From contig CM119264.1 of the NCBI GenBank assembly GCA_051294375.1, positions 26,311,011 to 26,375,010 of the forward strand: a stretch of DNA of 64,000 nucleotides. The letters are read 5' to 3'. The translations under genes and the position numbers were made by a program. The notes beneath the pieces were generated by a model. The model saw nothing but the letters and a program-made list of their open reading frames with translations, did not search any database and was not told where the DNA came from. Numbering within the stretch: position 1 is the first letter of the stretch; each line of letters begins with the position of its first letter. Below are positions 12,875 through 27,233 of the stretch, piece after piece. This stretch comes from Paraspadella gotoi (taxonomy: Eukaryota; Animalia; Chaetognatha).

Positions 12875-14950
12875 TTCTTTTTTCTTCTTCCCTGGCGCGA
12901 TTTTGGTCCTTCTCAATATTTTTTTTCGGTCACTATCGTTCAATAAAAATCTCGGCCGACGAATTATATTCCCGTCTTTTTCTTTAAGAAAAGAAAAGGA
13001 TCAAATAACACGCCCATTTTTCTTTGTGTCCACGAGAACGAGAGAGGAAAGGAGGGAAGAGGATGGAAGGAATGAACTGACGACGACGACGAACGACGAA
13101 CGAAAAGAGGTTAGATGTTTTGTGATTCCATGTCAGAAACTACAGAAACTGAAGAAGAAAAGAATAAGAAACTCGATGTACACTCGACGGTGCCAAAAGT
13201 CTAAATTATGTAATGATAGGCGAAGATGAATCTGGATGACGGACGAACGAACGACACGACGATGACGATGAAGAATAAGCAAGCCAAACTAATCTCATCG
13301 ATCGTCGGGTTATAGTCGTCGTCGTCCTTGGGCAGCCTCAGTCATCGGCGGCGGCGCGCGGCGACGGCGGCGGCGCACTTTGCTGACGTCAGGCCATCCC
13401 AACTTTTTCTGTCGCCCCTCATGAAATCTGGCGATGGAGGAAAGGAAAAATGGGAGATGGGGATAGAAAGAAAGGAAAGGTGAAGGATTAAGGAGAGGAA
13501 AAAAAGGAAAGGACAGAAGAATACTGAAATGATTGCAGAAAAGATATGAAGGCAAATGGAATTGAAAAATGTAAGGGAGTGAATGCAAGAAAAAATAAGG
13601 AATCCAGCAAAAGTAAAGAATAAAAAGTTATAAGAAGATAACGAAAGAGAATAAACAGAACAAACGTTAGTTGATGTCGGATGTAAACTTATTGAATTGA
13701 ATATGAATAGAAAACTGAATTGAAAATTGAATTGATTAAAAATTAATATGTATTTCAGCGCCTATAGAATGTTAGAGGAAAGTATAGTGAACAGATAAAA
13801 AAATAAATAAAAAGCGGGGAAAAGAAAAGAAAGAAATACCTAAAGGATGAAACTGAGAGAAAGAAAAGATAAAGGTCGGAGGAGTGAGAGCAAAGAAAAA
13901 AAATAAAAGAAGAAAAAAGAAGGAACCATTAGAGAGAAGGAGAGGAAAAGGATAAAGTCGGAGGGAATGAGAACAAAGAAAAAAGAAATAAGAGAAGAAA
14001 AAAAGGTGGAAAACTAAAGAAAAGAAAAAGATAAAGCGGAGAGAAATAAGCACGACAAAAAAAAAATAAAAAAGAAAAAAGGAGGAACTAAGGAGAAAAG
14101 AAAAGAAATAAAGCGGGAAGAAAGAGACAAAGAAAAAGAAATAAAAAGAAGACAACTAAGGAGAAAAGAAAAGATAAAAGCGGGAAGAAAAGAGACAAAA
14201 AGAAAAAAAGAAATAAAAAAAGGAGGAACTAAGAGAAAAGAAAAGATAAAGCGGGAATGAAAAGAGACAAAGAAAAAGAAAATAAAAAAGGAGGAACTAA
14301 AGAAAAAAGAAAAGATAAAGTCGGAGGAAGAGTCCACGAAGCGCGGCTGCAGCCAAAAATAGGGGACGACCGAATTGTCAGCGTCGCCCGAACAAGGAAA
14401 CAGACCGAAGCGAAAGAAAGAATGTGGTGTACGTGTAATGTGAATTTGTAGGCGCCGAGAAAAGTGGGTGTCGAACACCGATGCCGTTGCGGGGACTTTT
14501 TTTTTTTGTTTTTGTTTTTTTGTTTTTATTTTTTCTAACTGATCGGACATAGAGTGAAAACGACCCTCGATCAACGAATCTATTTGTTTTCGTATGACGG
14601 CTAAGATAAGTCAAAAAGAACGAAAAGACGAAAAAGGACGATAACCCACGCACATTTACAATAAATCTAATTGGAATTATTCGCGCTTTTGACGATTGGT
14701 CGAAAAATTCATTGAAAAATGTGATATTATGACAAATAAAAATAAAATTCATTTGCTTTCCTCTAACAAGCGAACGAAAAAGGAACTGGTTTAAAAGCAG
14801 ATGGACCAAACATTTTTTTTAAAGTCCAAAATGACTGAGTGTGATTATTATCTTAAACCTAGAGCAAATAATCATCTCATTCATCCCATAAATGTTTCAT
14901 CTCCAAATTTTTTTTTTCACTCTCGCGTCGATCTCATTTCTTTGAGGCGA
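11785..14950 (+). repeat. Segment Z, copy 1 (direct copy at 21608-24368)
   Basis: Both copies start GAACACCTTTCAAGA.CCGTC and end ...CTCCAAATTTTTTTT...TTGAG.CGA, and are collinear throughout. Confidence 0.9.
13800..14335 (+). repeat. ~70-bp purine-rich minisatellite (8 units here; 6 units in the copy at 23485-23855)
   Basis: Unit ~GAGAAAAGAAAAGATAAAG(T)CGGAGGAGTGAGACAAAGAAAAAAGAAATAAAGAAGAAAAAAGGAGGAAACTAA; units counted by the ATAAAG(T)CGG anchor. Confidence 0.8.
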
Positions 14951-14980
14951 AGATTNNNNNNNNNNNNNNNNNNNNNNNNN

Positions 14981-16584
<1,604 letters not shown>

Positions 16585-16698
16585 NNNNNNNNNNNNNNNN
16601 NNNNNNNNNCTTAGATAATTTGATGACGAAGATTCATATCGTATTTCTTTTTTTATTATTATGGACACACCTTTCATTAATCCTAAGTTTTAGAGAAG

Positions 16699-16736
<38 letters not shown>

Positions 16737-17382
16737 TGGGGTTGGCGACAATCGACCGGAGCCCGCGGGGTGACCAAAAAGGCTTCCCACTCTTTTCTTA
16801 CCGCTCCTCTCTCTCTACGCCGGTCGAAGTCGGAGGTCATCCCGCCGTCGGTGACTCCTCCCGAAAATGAGCGAGATCCTCTTCCTTTCTCTACTACGGG
16901 CGGATCGTCGCGGGTTGAGGGTTGCGAAAGACTCGCGAAAGTACCCCTCTAGCTCCCTTTTTTCTCTCTCACTCCTCTCTCTCCTCTCTTCTCTCTCTCA
17001 GTTTTTTTTCTCTTGTTTTTGCTTTTCACTCTTTAACAAAATTTCCTTTATTTAATCAAAATAACAAAGTTATTATAAGATTATCAATGAATGGATAATT
17101 TTTTATATTGGTTGTAACTAATTTTATATTTATAGTTGTAAATACTTTTTTTGTAAAATTTTATCATGCTTGAAAAATAATTAAAAGTTATAATAAACAA
17201 ATTTTGAAAAATTCAAATGTCACATAACGGCAATAATAAATGTACTCTTTCAATACTTGTTTGCTTTTTTAGTTATTTCATCCAGTAACAATATATCCAA
17301 AAGCTGAGTCGAATAATATGGATGAAAGTCAATTACGTATATTTAAATTTATAGAAAAGAACTTTACCGGCGTTTACCATCA

Positions 17383-18157
17383 TACAGTGTGTCCCTATGT
17401 ACTGTCCGGTTAAACTTTTACATATTTGGTTGCAAAAATGTTATTTTCTGAGATAACAATGTCAAAGAATAAGTTCTTACCATTTTATGATACTCAATTT
17501 TGAAATCAAATTTAATATTTCTTTGCTTTTTTTATTTAAAATAAATTTTATTACAAAAATTCTGTAAAAAATAATTTTAAATAGATATAAATTATTAAAT
17601 TTTAATTTGGATAAAATAATCCATTATAAAAATAAACATATAAAAAATTAAAAAAAACTATAAAAACATGCTAATTAATTTTATTTTAAATTTTAATTAT
17701 TTGAGTTGTGATGCATTGAATCCATTAAAGCCAGAAAAAAAATGGTTTCTATTTATAATAAATTATCATTATATCAATTAAAGTAATATGAACAAGGTCA
17801 GTTATATTTAAAAATAAGGATTACTGCATTAATAAAGCTCGGAATAAAAATAATGAGTAGTTCTACGTCCTGTCTAAAGAAATATTTAAAAACATTATTT
17901 AAACCAATATTATAAAAAATATTTGATAAATAATAAAAAATATATATATTAAATTTAAAAAAAAATCGCTAAAATTTTTTTCACCAATTGCTTTACTGTA
18001 AACTACAGGAGTTTCTTTCTTATTCAATTTTTAAAATTTTAGCTATCCTATAAAATGGTCCATACTATGCGCAATATTCTTATAATGAATTAAAGTTTTC
18101 GAATCTGGTATAGAGGCATAAGCTTCTTAACTGACAGACATTGGGACCACATGAATA
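17383..18157. mobile_element. Putative Tc1/mariner-type non-autonomous element (MITE, ~770 bp)
   Basis: Left end TA-CAGTGTGTCCCTATGTACTGTCCGGTTAA (17383-17413). Right end TTAACTGACAGACATTGGGACCACATGAATA (18127-18157) is its imperfect reverse complement. The interior is very AT-rich and non-coding, and the TA-CAG(T/G)GTGTCCC start is characteristic of Tc1/mariner TIRs. Confidence 0.5.
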
Positions 18158-18799
18158 AAAGCAGTCGGAATGGTCATTATGAAGAAGAACTTTGTTTTAC
18201 TTTAGTCCGTGGGCTTTCAGAATGCGACTCTTAAAAACACTTTCAGCATTCCCAGACAAAAGAACAGGAAAACTTGCAACCAGAGCAACTGGCGAGAGAA
18301 GTAACACTGATTAAGGCTAAGCTAATATTATTTAATCGATTATAGAAAAAATACCTTGATATTTTTTATCTCATTAAATTACATTTTAAACTTTTTAATA
18401 TGGAACATGAAAAAAAATAATTTTAATTTACTTTTTTTTTTATTCAAAACAACTATGCTTTGAAAAAAATATGCAACGTTCCGTTAGTTTTTCCCCCTTT
18501 CTTGAAAATTGCACATTGAGAAAAGTTGATTTTCTCACGAGAAATCATAAATTTCCCCGAAATTCAGAGTAAGACCCGCGAATGAGATCGAAAGAGGAGC
18601 GAAAACAGAAGAGAGAAGGAAAAAATCCTCTCCTTCGCGGCCAAAAAGACGAGAATCAGGACGAACTTACTCCGCCCCGAGGAAAGTCGCGGCCGAGTCG
18701 CGGCTGGACCAATCAGCGGTCGAGATATGGATGGAAAGCAACCATATGCCTCAGAGAGAGAGAGACGAGAGAGAGAGAGAAGAGAAGAGAGAGGCGAAA

Positions 18800-19014
18800 T
18801 AGACTCACCTAAACAAGTCTGCGCATAAACATAAACAACTCGTATAGCGGACTCCGCGCCTCTCGCCGCCATCCAGCGGTGAGAGGAGGGGGGCGGAGTG
18901 GGGGCGGGTTGAGGAAGCGATGGCTTTAATCAGCCCCGTGAAAATTTAATGAACGCCAATTAAGGTGTGGAAAAAAGATGGGAAAACAATAGAAGAAGCC
19001 ACAAAAGCTCTGGT

Positions 19015-19083
<69 letters not shown>

Positions 19084-19090
19084 AGAGAGA

Positions 19091-19132
<42 letters not shown>

Positions 19133-20754
19133 AAGAGAAGACATAAAATGAACAGTAATGTTAGTAGACAATAGCTGGTTTCAGATCCCGATTCGATGTT
19201 TCGAAGGCGGAAAGATTGTTTTGGGAGAGAAGCTGGGCGAAGGTATTTCGTCGTCGTCGTTGTCGTCGTTGTCTCTTTCCTTGTCGCGTTGTGTCGTCGT
19301 AATCATTTTTGCAATATTTGGGAATGAATTAAAAAAAAGAAGAAACTTAATCACTTTAATTTAAAAAAAAAATCATTTCAAAATTCTACCTCTGTAGATT
19401 TTTTTATCAAACTGAAATTTGGAGAAAAAATTTCATTCACTGAAAACAGCTTTTCCGCTGCTCACTGCATCATGTTGCTCAGTCAAGTTACTATCCAGAT
19501 AACTAATTTCCTCATCTTATTCTCTTTTCTATCATCTCCTTTTTTTCAACATCACCACTTTCCCTTCCGGATCACGGTGAACTCTTTTCCTATTTTCGCC
19601 ATCTCAATTCCTTCGTTTCCACCATCAAACCCAATATCCTCGTTAATCCTTTTATTATTTTTTTCATTTTTTAATATTTAATTCCATTTTTTACAAATTT
19701 TATTTAATTAATATTTATTATTTATTTATTTATTATTATTTATTATTTATTTTTTATTTATTTATTATTTATATTTATTATTTACTTAATTATTTATTTA
19801 TTACTTATTAATTTATTATTTATATTTATTTATTTAATTATTTATTTAATTTATTTATTTAATTTATTATATGACAGACATCCGAATCGAGAGGCCGGAG
19901 TAATTAGGAAAAAGTTTAACACTGAATTCAGTCGCGAAGAATGGGGAAAAAGGGGAAATTAGTACTGTCTTAAAACTTTAAAGCATGTTTGAATTTCCCA
20001 GAAAGGAAAATGGTTGCCCAAGAACGTTCACGTTTTTTAACTCCACGTTGGGGTATTTAATTTTACACTCACGTTTTTTTATATTTCAACACATCGTTTT
20101 ATTAACAAATATTTTACTCCGTTCTCGTTCGCCAAAGTATGTTTATAAATTTAAATAAACATGCCTTTGAAAGCAATTTCGTGACACTCTCCCCTATTTT
20201 CAAATTTCTGTCACTCTCTCGAGATGGTCCCTTCCTCACCCACCTAAGCCCTGGCCCTCTTTCCACCCCACTCAAAGCGAATATATCGCCTCTTTTCCCC
20301 CTTCGCTTCGCTGATTAACTTATCATAGAGAGAAAAAACAAGAACGGTAAATTCCAATGTGTTGCGCCCAGTGACTTTATTTTTACTGTATTTCTCTTTG
20401 ATCACATGATTGACATTATTGATACATGCCTTGTTTAAAATTCGTTCATTATTCTTATAGTTTTTATGATTCCCGAAGCTTGGCACAAGCAGTCCCTTAG
20501 ATTGAGTTTTTTTTTTCTGTCTTAATAAATGAGCAATTAACTATAGGCAAATCATATGCATTTAATTATGGGGGCAGAACGACATACCGACCAAAGTGAC
20601 TTTTAAGAGTTTCTCAGCTAGTACTCGCGGCGCAACTAAAAAGCGGCCGTGTTTTTTAGCAGCGCGGAATATTCCTTCCTACCGACGTTTACTCGGAAAA
20701 TTATTACCGAAACGGCGGAGTAGGGAGTCCGAGAGGGAGCCTCTCTCTCTCGTC

Positions 20755-20788
<34 letters not shown>

Positions 20789-21516
20789 CTTCTCTCTCCT
20801 CTCTCTCTCTCCTCTCTCTTCTCTCTCACGACAATAACAAGGAGCGAACCTTTTGGCGAAAGCCATTGAATGAAAATTACAATGAAATATTGATTAACTG
20901 AATGAAAACAATTAAGGACTGAACCGAAAAAATAAATGAAAGGGATAAAAAACAAAAAATTAATAAAAACTAAATTATAGATGAATGAATGAAATCCAGT
21001 TGATCGGTCTCCACATGAAAATGGAAAAGGAAAAAAATGAAAAGGAGGAACAGGAGGTTGAAAACAAAGGAAAAGGGCGTGTTGGATTCAATCAACGGTA
21101 CCAATCTTTGGCCAACTCGCAATGAGTGGACAAAAGCTGAGAAGAGAAGGCAGGAATCACAGATTGGAGGGGGAGAGAAGAAGAGAGAGAGAGAGAGAAG
21201 AGAGAAGAAGAGGAGAGAAAGGAAAGAGAGAGAGCGAAGAGTGAGAGCCCGCACGACTGACGAGCAGGAAAAACGTCGTCTCGCATCATTGTCAACATTA
21301 TGCGAAACGGATCAAAAGAAGACGGGTGGGTAGGAGGATGAGGAGAGATCAGGGTGAGGACAGGGTAGTAAGAGGGTAAAAAGAGAACAGGATGCTTAGA
21401 TATACTAGGTCAAACAGGTGAGAAGATGCGAAGAGAGAGCAGAGAGAGAGTGAGAGAGAAGAGAGAGAGACGAGAGAGAGAGAAGAGAGAGAGAGAGAGA
21501 AGAGTGAAGAGAAGAG

Positions 21517-21551
<35 letters not shown>

Positions 21552-21607
21552 TCTTGTTGGGAAACGCTTGGACTTGGGCAACTAGCGCGTGGCGTGTGGT
21601 CATTCGT
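18800..21607 (-). repeat. Segment X, inverted copy
   Basis: Reverse complement of ~8490-11520 (e.g. ACTCACCTAAACAAGTCTGCGCA at ~18805; GGCGTGTGGTCATTCGT at 21591-21607). Confidence 0.9.
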
Positions 21608-22557
21608 AACCGAACACCTTTCAAGAACCGTCTCTTTTCTGACTGATTCCTCTCTTTATAGTTATCTTTTTATTATTTTATTTTATTTTTTATATTGTAA
21701 TCAGTGTCTTTTTCTAGTTTACGTCTATCTTCATTTTCTAATTATTTTACGTTACAAGTGTTGGACGTCGAAAGATTCTTGCTTGAGCTGAGANNNNNNN
21801 NNNNNNNNNNNNNNNNNNNNNNNNNNNNNNNNNNNNNNNNNNNNNNNNNNNNNNNNNNNNNNNNNNNNNNNNNNNNNNNNNNNNNNNNNNNNNNNNNNNN
21901 NNNNNNNNNNNNNNNNNNNNNNNNNNNNNNNNNNNNNNNNGAGAGAGAGAGAGCGATCACCAACATTGATTCGAAATCGTAGCTCTTCAACGTGTTCCTC
22001 CACCAAAGCCCAACTGATATTCGTATTTGTTGTAGTTGGAATCATTTGCCACAGATCTGCTCGTCTTTAGCCATGAAACTATATCTATAAATAGATCAAA
22101 ACAAAAGAGTCGAAACCAACAGAATGAAAATACAAAACAAAAACAAAAGGAACAACTTTTGCTTTGGTGAAAGATAGACGTGGCGGACAACAACCCAAAA
22201 GGAAAAACAACAACGACAAAGCCGAAGCAATAAACTTCTCCTTACTCCGTTCGGACGGAAAAGACAAAATTGGCGTCGGGCGATCGACCGATCGTGCAAG
22301 TCGTGAGCGGGCGAGCTTTTAAGTCTTTCCCGATCTATGTGGCTTCTTGCCAAATCCATAAGCGGTGATATAGCATCGTGCCACAATACTTGCAATGTTG
22401 ATGGTTACAGTAAAAGGAAGACTCTCAACGTCTGACTAAAAGTCATACTGACTTAGTCTTATTAGCAAAGCTTGGCAAATCGCGTTTTACACACTCGTAT
22501 AAGCGATGCCAAGGTAAGCCGACCACGAGCGAACGTCTGGCGCCAGGCCCAATTCTA

Positions 22558-22621
<64 letters not shown>

Positions 22622-24368
22622 TTTCTCTTCCCTGCCGATTTTGGTCCTTCTCAATCTTTTTTTTCGGTCACTTCGTTTCAATAAAAATCTCGGCCACGAA
22701 TTATATTCCCTCTTTTTCTTCAAGAAAGAAAAGGATCAATAACACGCCCTTTTTCTTTGGGTCCACGAGAAGAGAGAGGAAAGGAGGAAGAGGAGGAAGG
22801 AGGACTACGACGACGACGACGACGACAAAGAGGTTAGATGTTTGTGATTTCCATGTCAGAAACTAAGAAACTGAGAAAGAAAAGAATAAAGAAACTCGAT
22901 GTAACTCGACGTGCCAAGTCTAAATATGTAATGATGCGAAGATGAATCTGGATGACGACGACGACGACGACGACGATGACGATGAAGAATAAGAAGCCAA
23001 AACTACATCATCATCGTCGGGGTTATAGTCGTCGTCGTCCTTGGCAGCCTCAGCATCGGCGGCGGCGGCGGCGACGGCGGCGGCGCACCTTTGCTGACGT
23101 CAGCATCCAATTTCTGTCGCCCCTCAATGAAATCTGGCGAATGGAGGAAAGGAAAAGGGAGATGGGGATAGAAAGAAAGGAAAGGGTGAAGGATTAAGGA
23201 GAGGAAAAAAAGGAAAGGAAGAAGAATAGAAATGATTGCAGAAAAGATATGAAGGAAATGGATTGGAAAATGTAAGAGTAATCAAGAAAAAATAGGAACT
23301 CCAGCAAAAGTAAAGAATAAAAAAGTATAGAAGATAACGAAAGAGATAAACAAACAAAACGTTAGTTGATGTCATGTAAACTTATTGAATTGAATTGAAT
23401 AGAAAACTGAATTGAATTGAATTGATTAAAAATTAATATGTATTTCAGCGCTAAGAATGTTAGAGGAAAGTATATGAACAGATAAAAAATATAAAGCGGA
23501 AAAGAAAGAAAGAAAATACTAAAGGATGAAACTGAGAGAAAAGAAAAGATAAAGTCGGAGGAGTGAGACAAAGAAAAAAGAAATAAAGAAGAAAAAAGAA
23601 GGAAACTAAGAGAAAAGAAAAGATAAAGTCGGAGGAATGAGACAAAGAAAAAAGAAATAAAGAAGAAAAAGGTGGAAACTAAGAGAAAAGAAAAGATAAA
23701 GCGGGAGAAAAGAGACAAAAAAAAATAAAAAAGAAAAAAGGAGGAAACTAAGAGAAAAGAAAAGATAAAGTCGGTGGAGTGAGACAAAGAAAAAAAGAAA
23801 TAAAAAAGAAAAATAGAAGAGAAAGAGAGAAAAAAGATAAAGTCGGAGGAAGAGTCACGACGCTTGAAGCCAAAATAGGGCGACGATTGTCAGCTTCGCC
23901 CGAACAGGAAACAGGCGAAGCGGAAAGAAAAGATGGTGTCGATTTGTAATGTGAATTTGAGCCGAGAAAAGTGGTGTGGCTGTCTTTTTGTTGTTTTGGT
24001 TTTTTTTTTAACTGCTTGAAAGGAACGACCTCGATCACAATTTTGGTTTCGTGAATGACGGCTAACGATAAGCAAAAGACGAAGGAAAAAGGACGATAAC
24101 CCACCACATTTACAATAATCTAATTAATTATTCGCGCTTTGACATTGGTGAAAAATTCATTGAAAAATGTGATATTATAAAATAAAATAAAATTCTTTGC
24201 TTTCTCTAACACAACGAAAGGAAAGGTTTAAAGCATGACCATAACATTTTTTTAAGTCAAAATGACTTTGATTTTCTTAAACCTACGAGCAAATATATCA
24301 TCTCATTCATTCCATAAATGTATTTCATCTCCAAATTTTTTTTTCTCTCTCGATTCATTTTTGAGCGA
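21608..24368 (+). repeat. Segment Z, copy 2
   Basis: Direct repeat of 11785-14950. Confidence 0.9.
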
Positions 24369-24997
24369 CTTCACGACCTTCCCCTATTTTCCCTCTTCAT
24401 TCCGTATTTTGGTTTTTTTTTTTTTTTTTTTTTTTTCAATTTCATTTCATGTTTTTTAATCGAGTTTTTAATCTTTCCTTTCCCTTTCCATCTTAACGCC
24501 CCTTGCCTCGACTTTAGCCTATCAGTCCGCGGGTCTCAGTCGTACGAGAGTCGTCGGAGAAGTATATTCGAAGCTCCTATTGGCTGTCGCGTCTAGCGAG
24601 CTTTGGTTTCTAGTTCTCTGATTGGCGGATGATTCTTTTCTCGATAGTCATCACGTGACTTGAAAATTTTCTATGGTTTTGATGAGTACGGAGTAATCAG
24701 TCGAGATTCGAAATCGTGGTCTTAATCTTCTTTCTTCGTTTTTACTTTTTTTTTCTCTCTTTTCTTTTTTCTTTTTTTTTTGCTTTCTACCTTTCCTTTT
24801 TAACTTTCTTTTTTCTTCCTCGGTTTCTTTCCCGTTAAGATTTATTAATGTACATAATAAAAAATGGATTAATATAGTATGGTTTATGAAAATTACGACA
24901 TCAATCTGAACAAATAAAAATACTATTTGAGGTTTCCTTTTCTCTCTTGCTGTATTCTCGTTTTCCCAGGACCACAACTCTGTACCGCCGCCCAGAA

Positions 24998-25055
24998 GTC
25001 CGTCCGTCCGTCCGTCTTGTCCGTCCGTCCGTCTTGTCCGTCCCATTCCGTCCGT
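24998..25055 (+). repeat. (GTCC)n-type microsatellite (similar tract on the opposite strand at 30918-30943)
   Basis: GTCCGTCCGTCCGTCCGTCTTGTCCGTCCGTCCGTCTTGTCCGTCC. Confidence 0.7.
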
Positions 25056-25888
25056 TCTCTAATTCGATCGCGTCCCGCCGTCGATTTTTACTCTTTTTCC
25101 CTCTGAACTTCGGTTACTATTTTGGAGAGGGGCGACTTTTTCTGTCTCGACTGCATTAACCCTCGGGTTGTCGGCGTCGCTTTCTTTTACTCCCCTCCTT
25201 CCTGACCCCAATCCGCCTTTTCCTCCTCATCCCCAACCACCTTTATTGTTTCTATGTCCTTTTCGAAACAACCCAGATTATCGTAAATTTAAACTTAGGT
25301 TGGATAACATCATTTGAATATTTGTGTTTAATTTATTGTTTTGCTCCTAGCATTTTTGAAATATTACATCAATAATCAATTGTCGGTGAGATTTTATTGT
25401 GCGAACGGGTTTTTTTGTGAAATAATTTTTTTTTACTTTGTCCTTGGTTAAGGGTAGTAAAAATCTAGAACGAGCAGGAGGTTTAGAACAAAAGTATAAA
25501 GAGTTGTACTTGATTTAAAAGTTTACAAAGGAAAAAAAAATTAAATAGAAAATGGAATTGAAGATTATCAGTCGATTTACTGTGGCATTGAGTATCTTAG
25601 CAACGCAGACTCTAAAGAAAAAAGGAAAGAACGTCCGACGGCGAGGCTGCCCTACCCCAGAGGGCACCGGTTGATTGCAGCGCACAGCTTGAAGACATTG
25701 AAGAAGACATTTTCTTTATGTCGCTCTGGCGCGCTGCATACAGCCGATGACGCCGCTCGGACCAGGACCGACTAGCGTTATAGGACAGCATATTCTTTTG
25801 CCGTTACGGTACAGTGCGATTTCCGGCTCCGCAAGATGAAAAGCGAACAAATGGCAAAGCGCCATCTTTTGAGTGAGTGTTGGGGTGT

Positions 25889-25922
<34 letters not shown>

Positions 25923-25934
25923 CGAGAGAGAGAC

Positions 25935-25967
<33 letters not shown>

Positions 25968-26920
25968 AAATAAGGTTCGATTGTGAGAGGAAGAAAAAGA
26001 GGGAAAACAGATGAGAAAAGAGCGAGAAATCTCTATCAAGTCTGATGACCTCCTTAACATGATAAATTTTCATCTCAAAGGGAATCCGTTTTCTCTTCTG
26101 CGATCGAAGGCGACAGCGAGAAATAAAAAAAGAGAAAAAAAAAGATGGGAGAAAAGAGGAGAAAAAAAGAGAGGAAAAGAAAAAGAAAAAAAGAAAAGAG
26201 AATTTCTTTTTTTTTATTTGCGAAAGAATTAGAATCTTGTCGATGACAGGAGGCGGAGGCCGTAATTCAATGAAGAAGACGTTTAATTTTTTTTTTCAGT
26301 TTTAATCAAACCTGAAGTTATACGAAGTTATCGTATGAGTTGTATAAAACCGGAACCCTTTTTAAACGTGTCCCTTCGAGTTATGAAGAAGAATGTTTGA
26401 CGGAATCCTCGCGGAAAATTTCATAAACAGAAAATATTGTATATTATTTTAATTATAATTTATTTGTAATTTTTATATAGTATTTTTTATTCTGAGACAA
26501 TAATAGCTGTTTAGTAAAGCACACAACTCGCCATATACTATCTTTATTTATAAACGAATCCACGGTTTTTTTAACGTCAAACAAAATATCCTTTTTTTCA
26601 TATGAATGGTCCTTAACGAAAGGAGAAATTCCATCGAGAAAGACGAGGACACTTTCTCTCTTCGTCCTCAGATTCTACGATTCCTTTCTCTTTTCGATCC
26701 CAATTTAGAAGCCATCGTAAAAGGACAATAAAAGGAGAGGAGCGAGGGAAAGACATGATGAAAAAAAAAGGGCGGAAAAAGAAAAGGGAGAATAAGTGAA
26801 GAGAGAAAAAAAAAAGGAGAGAAGGTCCAATCTAAACGAAAAAAGTGACAAAAAAAAAGCTTCGTTGGAAAAAAAAAAGACGCTAAGCGTCGGACTCGTT
26901 GGTTTCATTGAGAAAAAAGG

Positions 26921-27032
26921 GGAAGAGGAAGATGAAGAGGAAGATGAAGATGAAGAGGATGATGAAGATGAAGAGGAAGATGAAGATGAAGAGGAAGAGG
27001 AAGATGAAGATGAAGAGGATGATGAAGAATGA
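26921..27032 (+). repeat. (GAA/GAG/GAT)n trinucleotide tract
   Basis: GAR/GAT triplets, reading as poly-E/D on + and poly-S on -, with no supporting gene context. Confidence 0.8.
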
Positions 27033-27132
27033 TCAGAAACTCTTCGAAATTCGGAGTTTTTAGCCTTATTTTCCCAGAACGACCAATTTTAGCGTGAATT
27101 TAGAATTAGATTAATTTCTTTGAGTTAATGAA

Positions 27133-27233
27133 TAGGATGGGTATTGGGGATTAAGGTTAGGAATTACGGCTAGGGATTAGGGTTAGTGTTCAGGATTAGG
27201 TTAAAGTTTGGAGTTAGGGTTCGGGATTGGTTT
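27133..27233 (+). repeat. Degenerate interstitial TTAGGG-like repeat
   Basis: Period-6 TTAGGG variants; exact TTAGGG at 27177-27182 and 27214-27219. Confidence 0.6.

Noticed and set aside
21987-22060. YEYQLGFGGGTR, resembling an immunoglobulin J-segment FGxGT motif
   Set aside because: No V domain or recombination signal; the frame stops immediately in copy 2; another frame reads more plausibly.
22255-22320. TCTIGRSPDANFVF (minus strand), resembling the FHA-domain GR motif
   Set aside because: Preceded by an in-frame stop, no downstream SxxH motif, and the two copies disagree in frame.
24940-25100. Helentron/DINE-1-like element suggested by the (GTCC)n tract
   Set aside because: No subterminal inverted repeats or 3' hairpin could be identified.
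26796-27032. K-rich plus poly-E/D ORF resembling a nucleolar acidic protein tail
   Set aside because: GTG start, trinucleotide microsatellite origin, no upstream exons identified.
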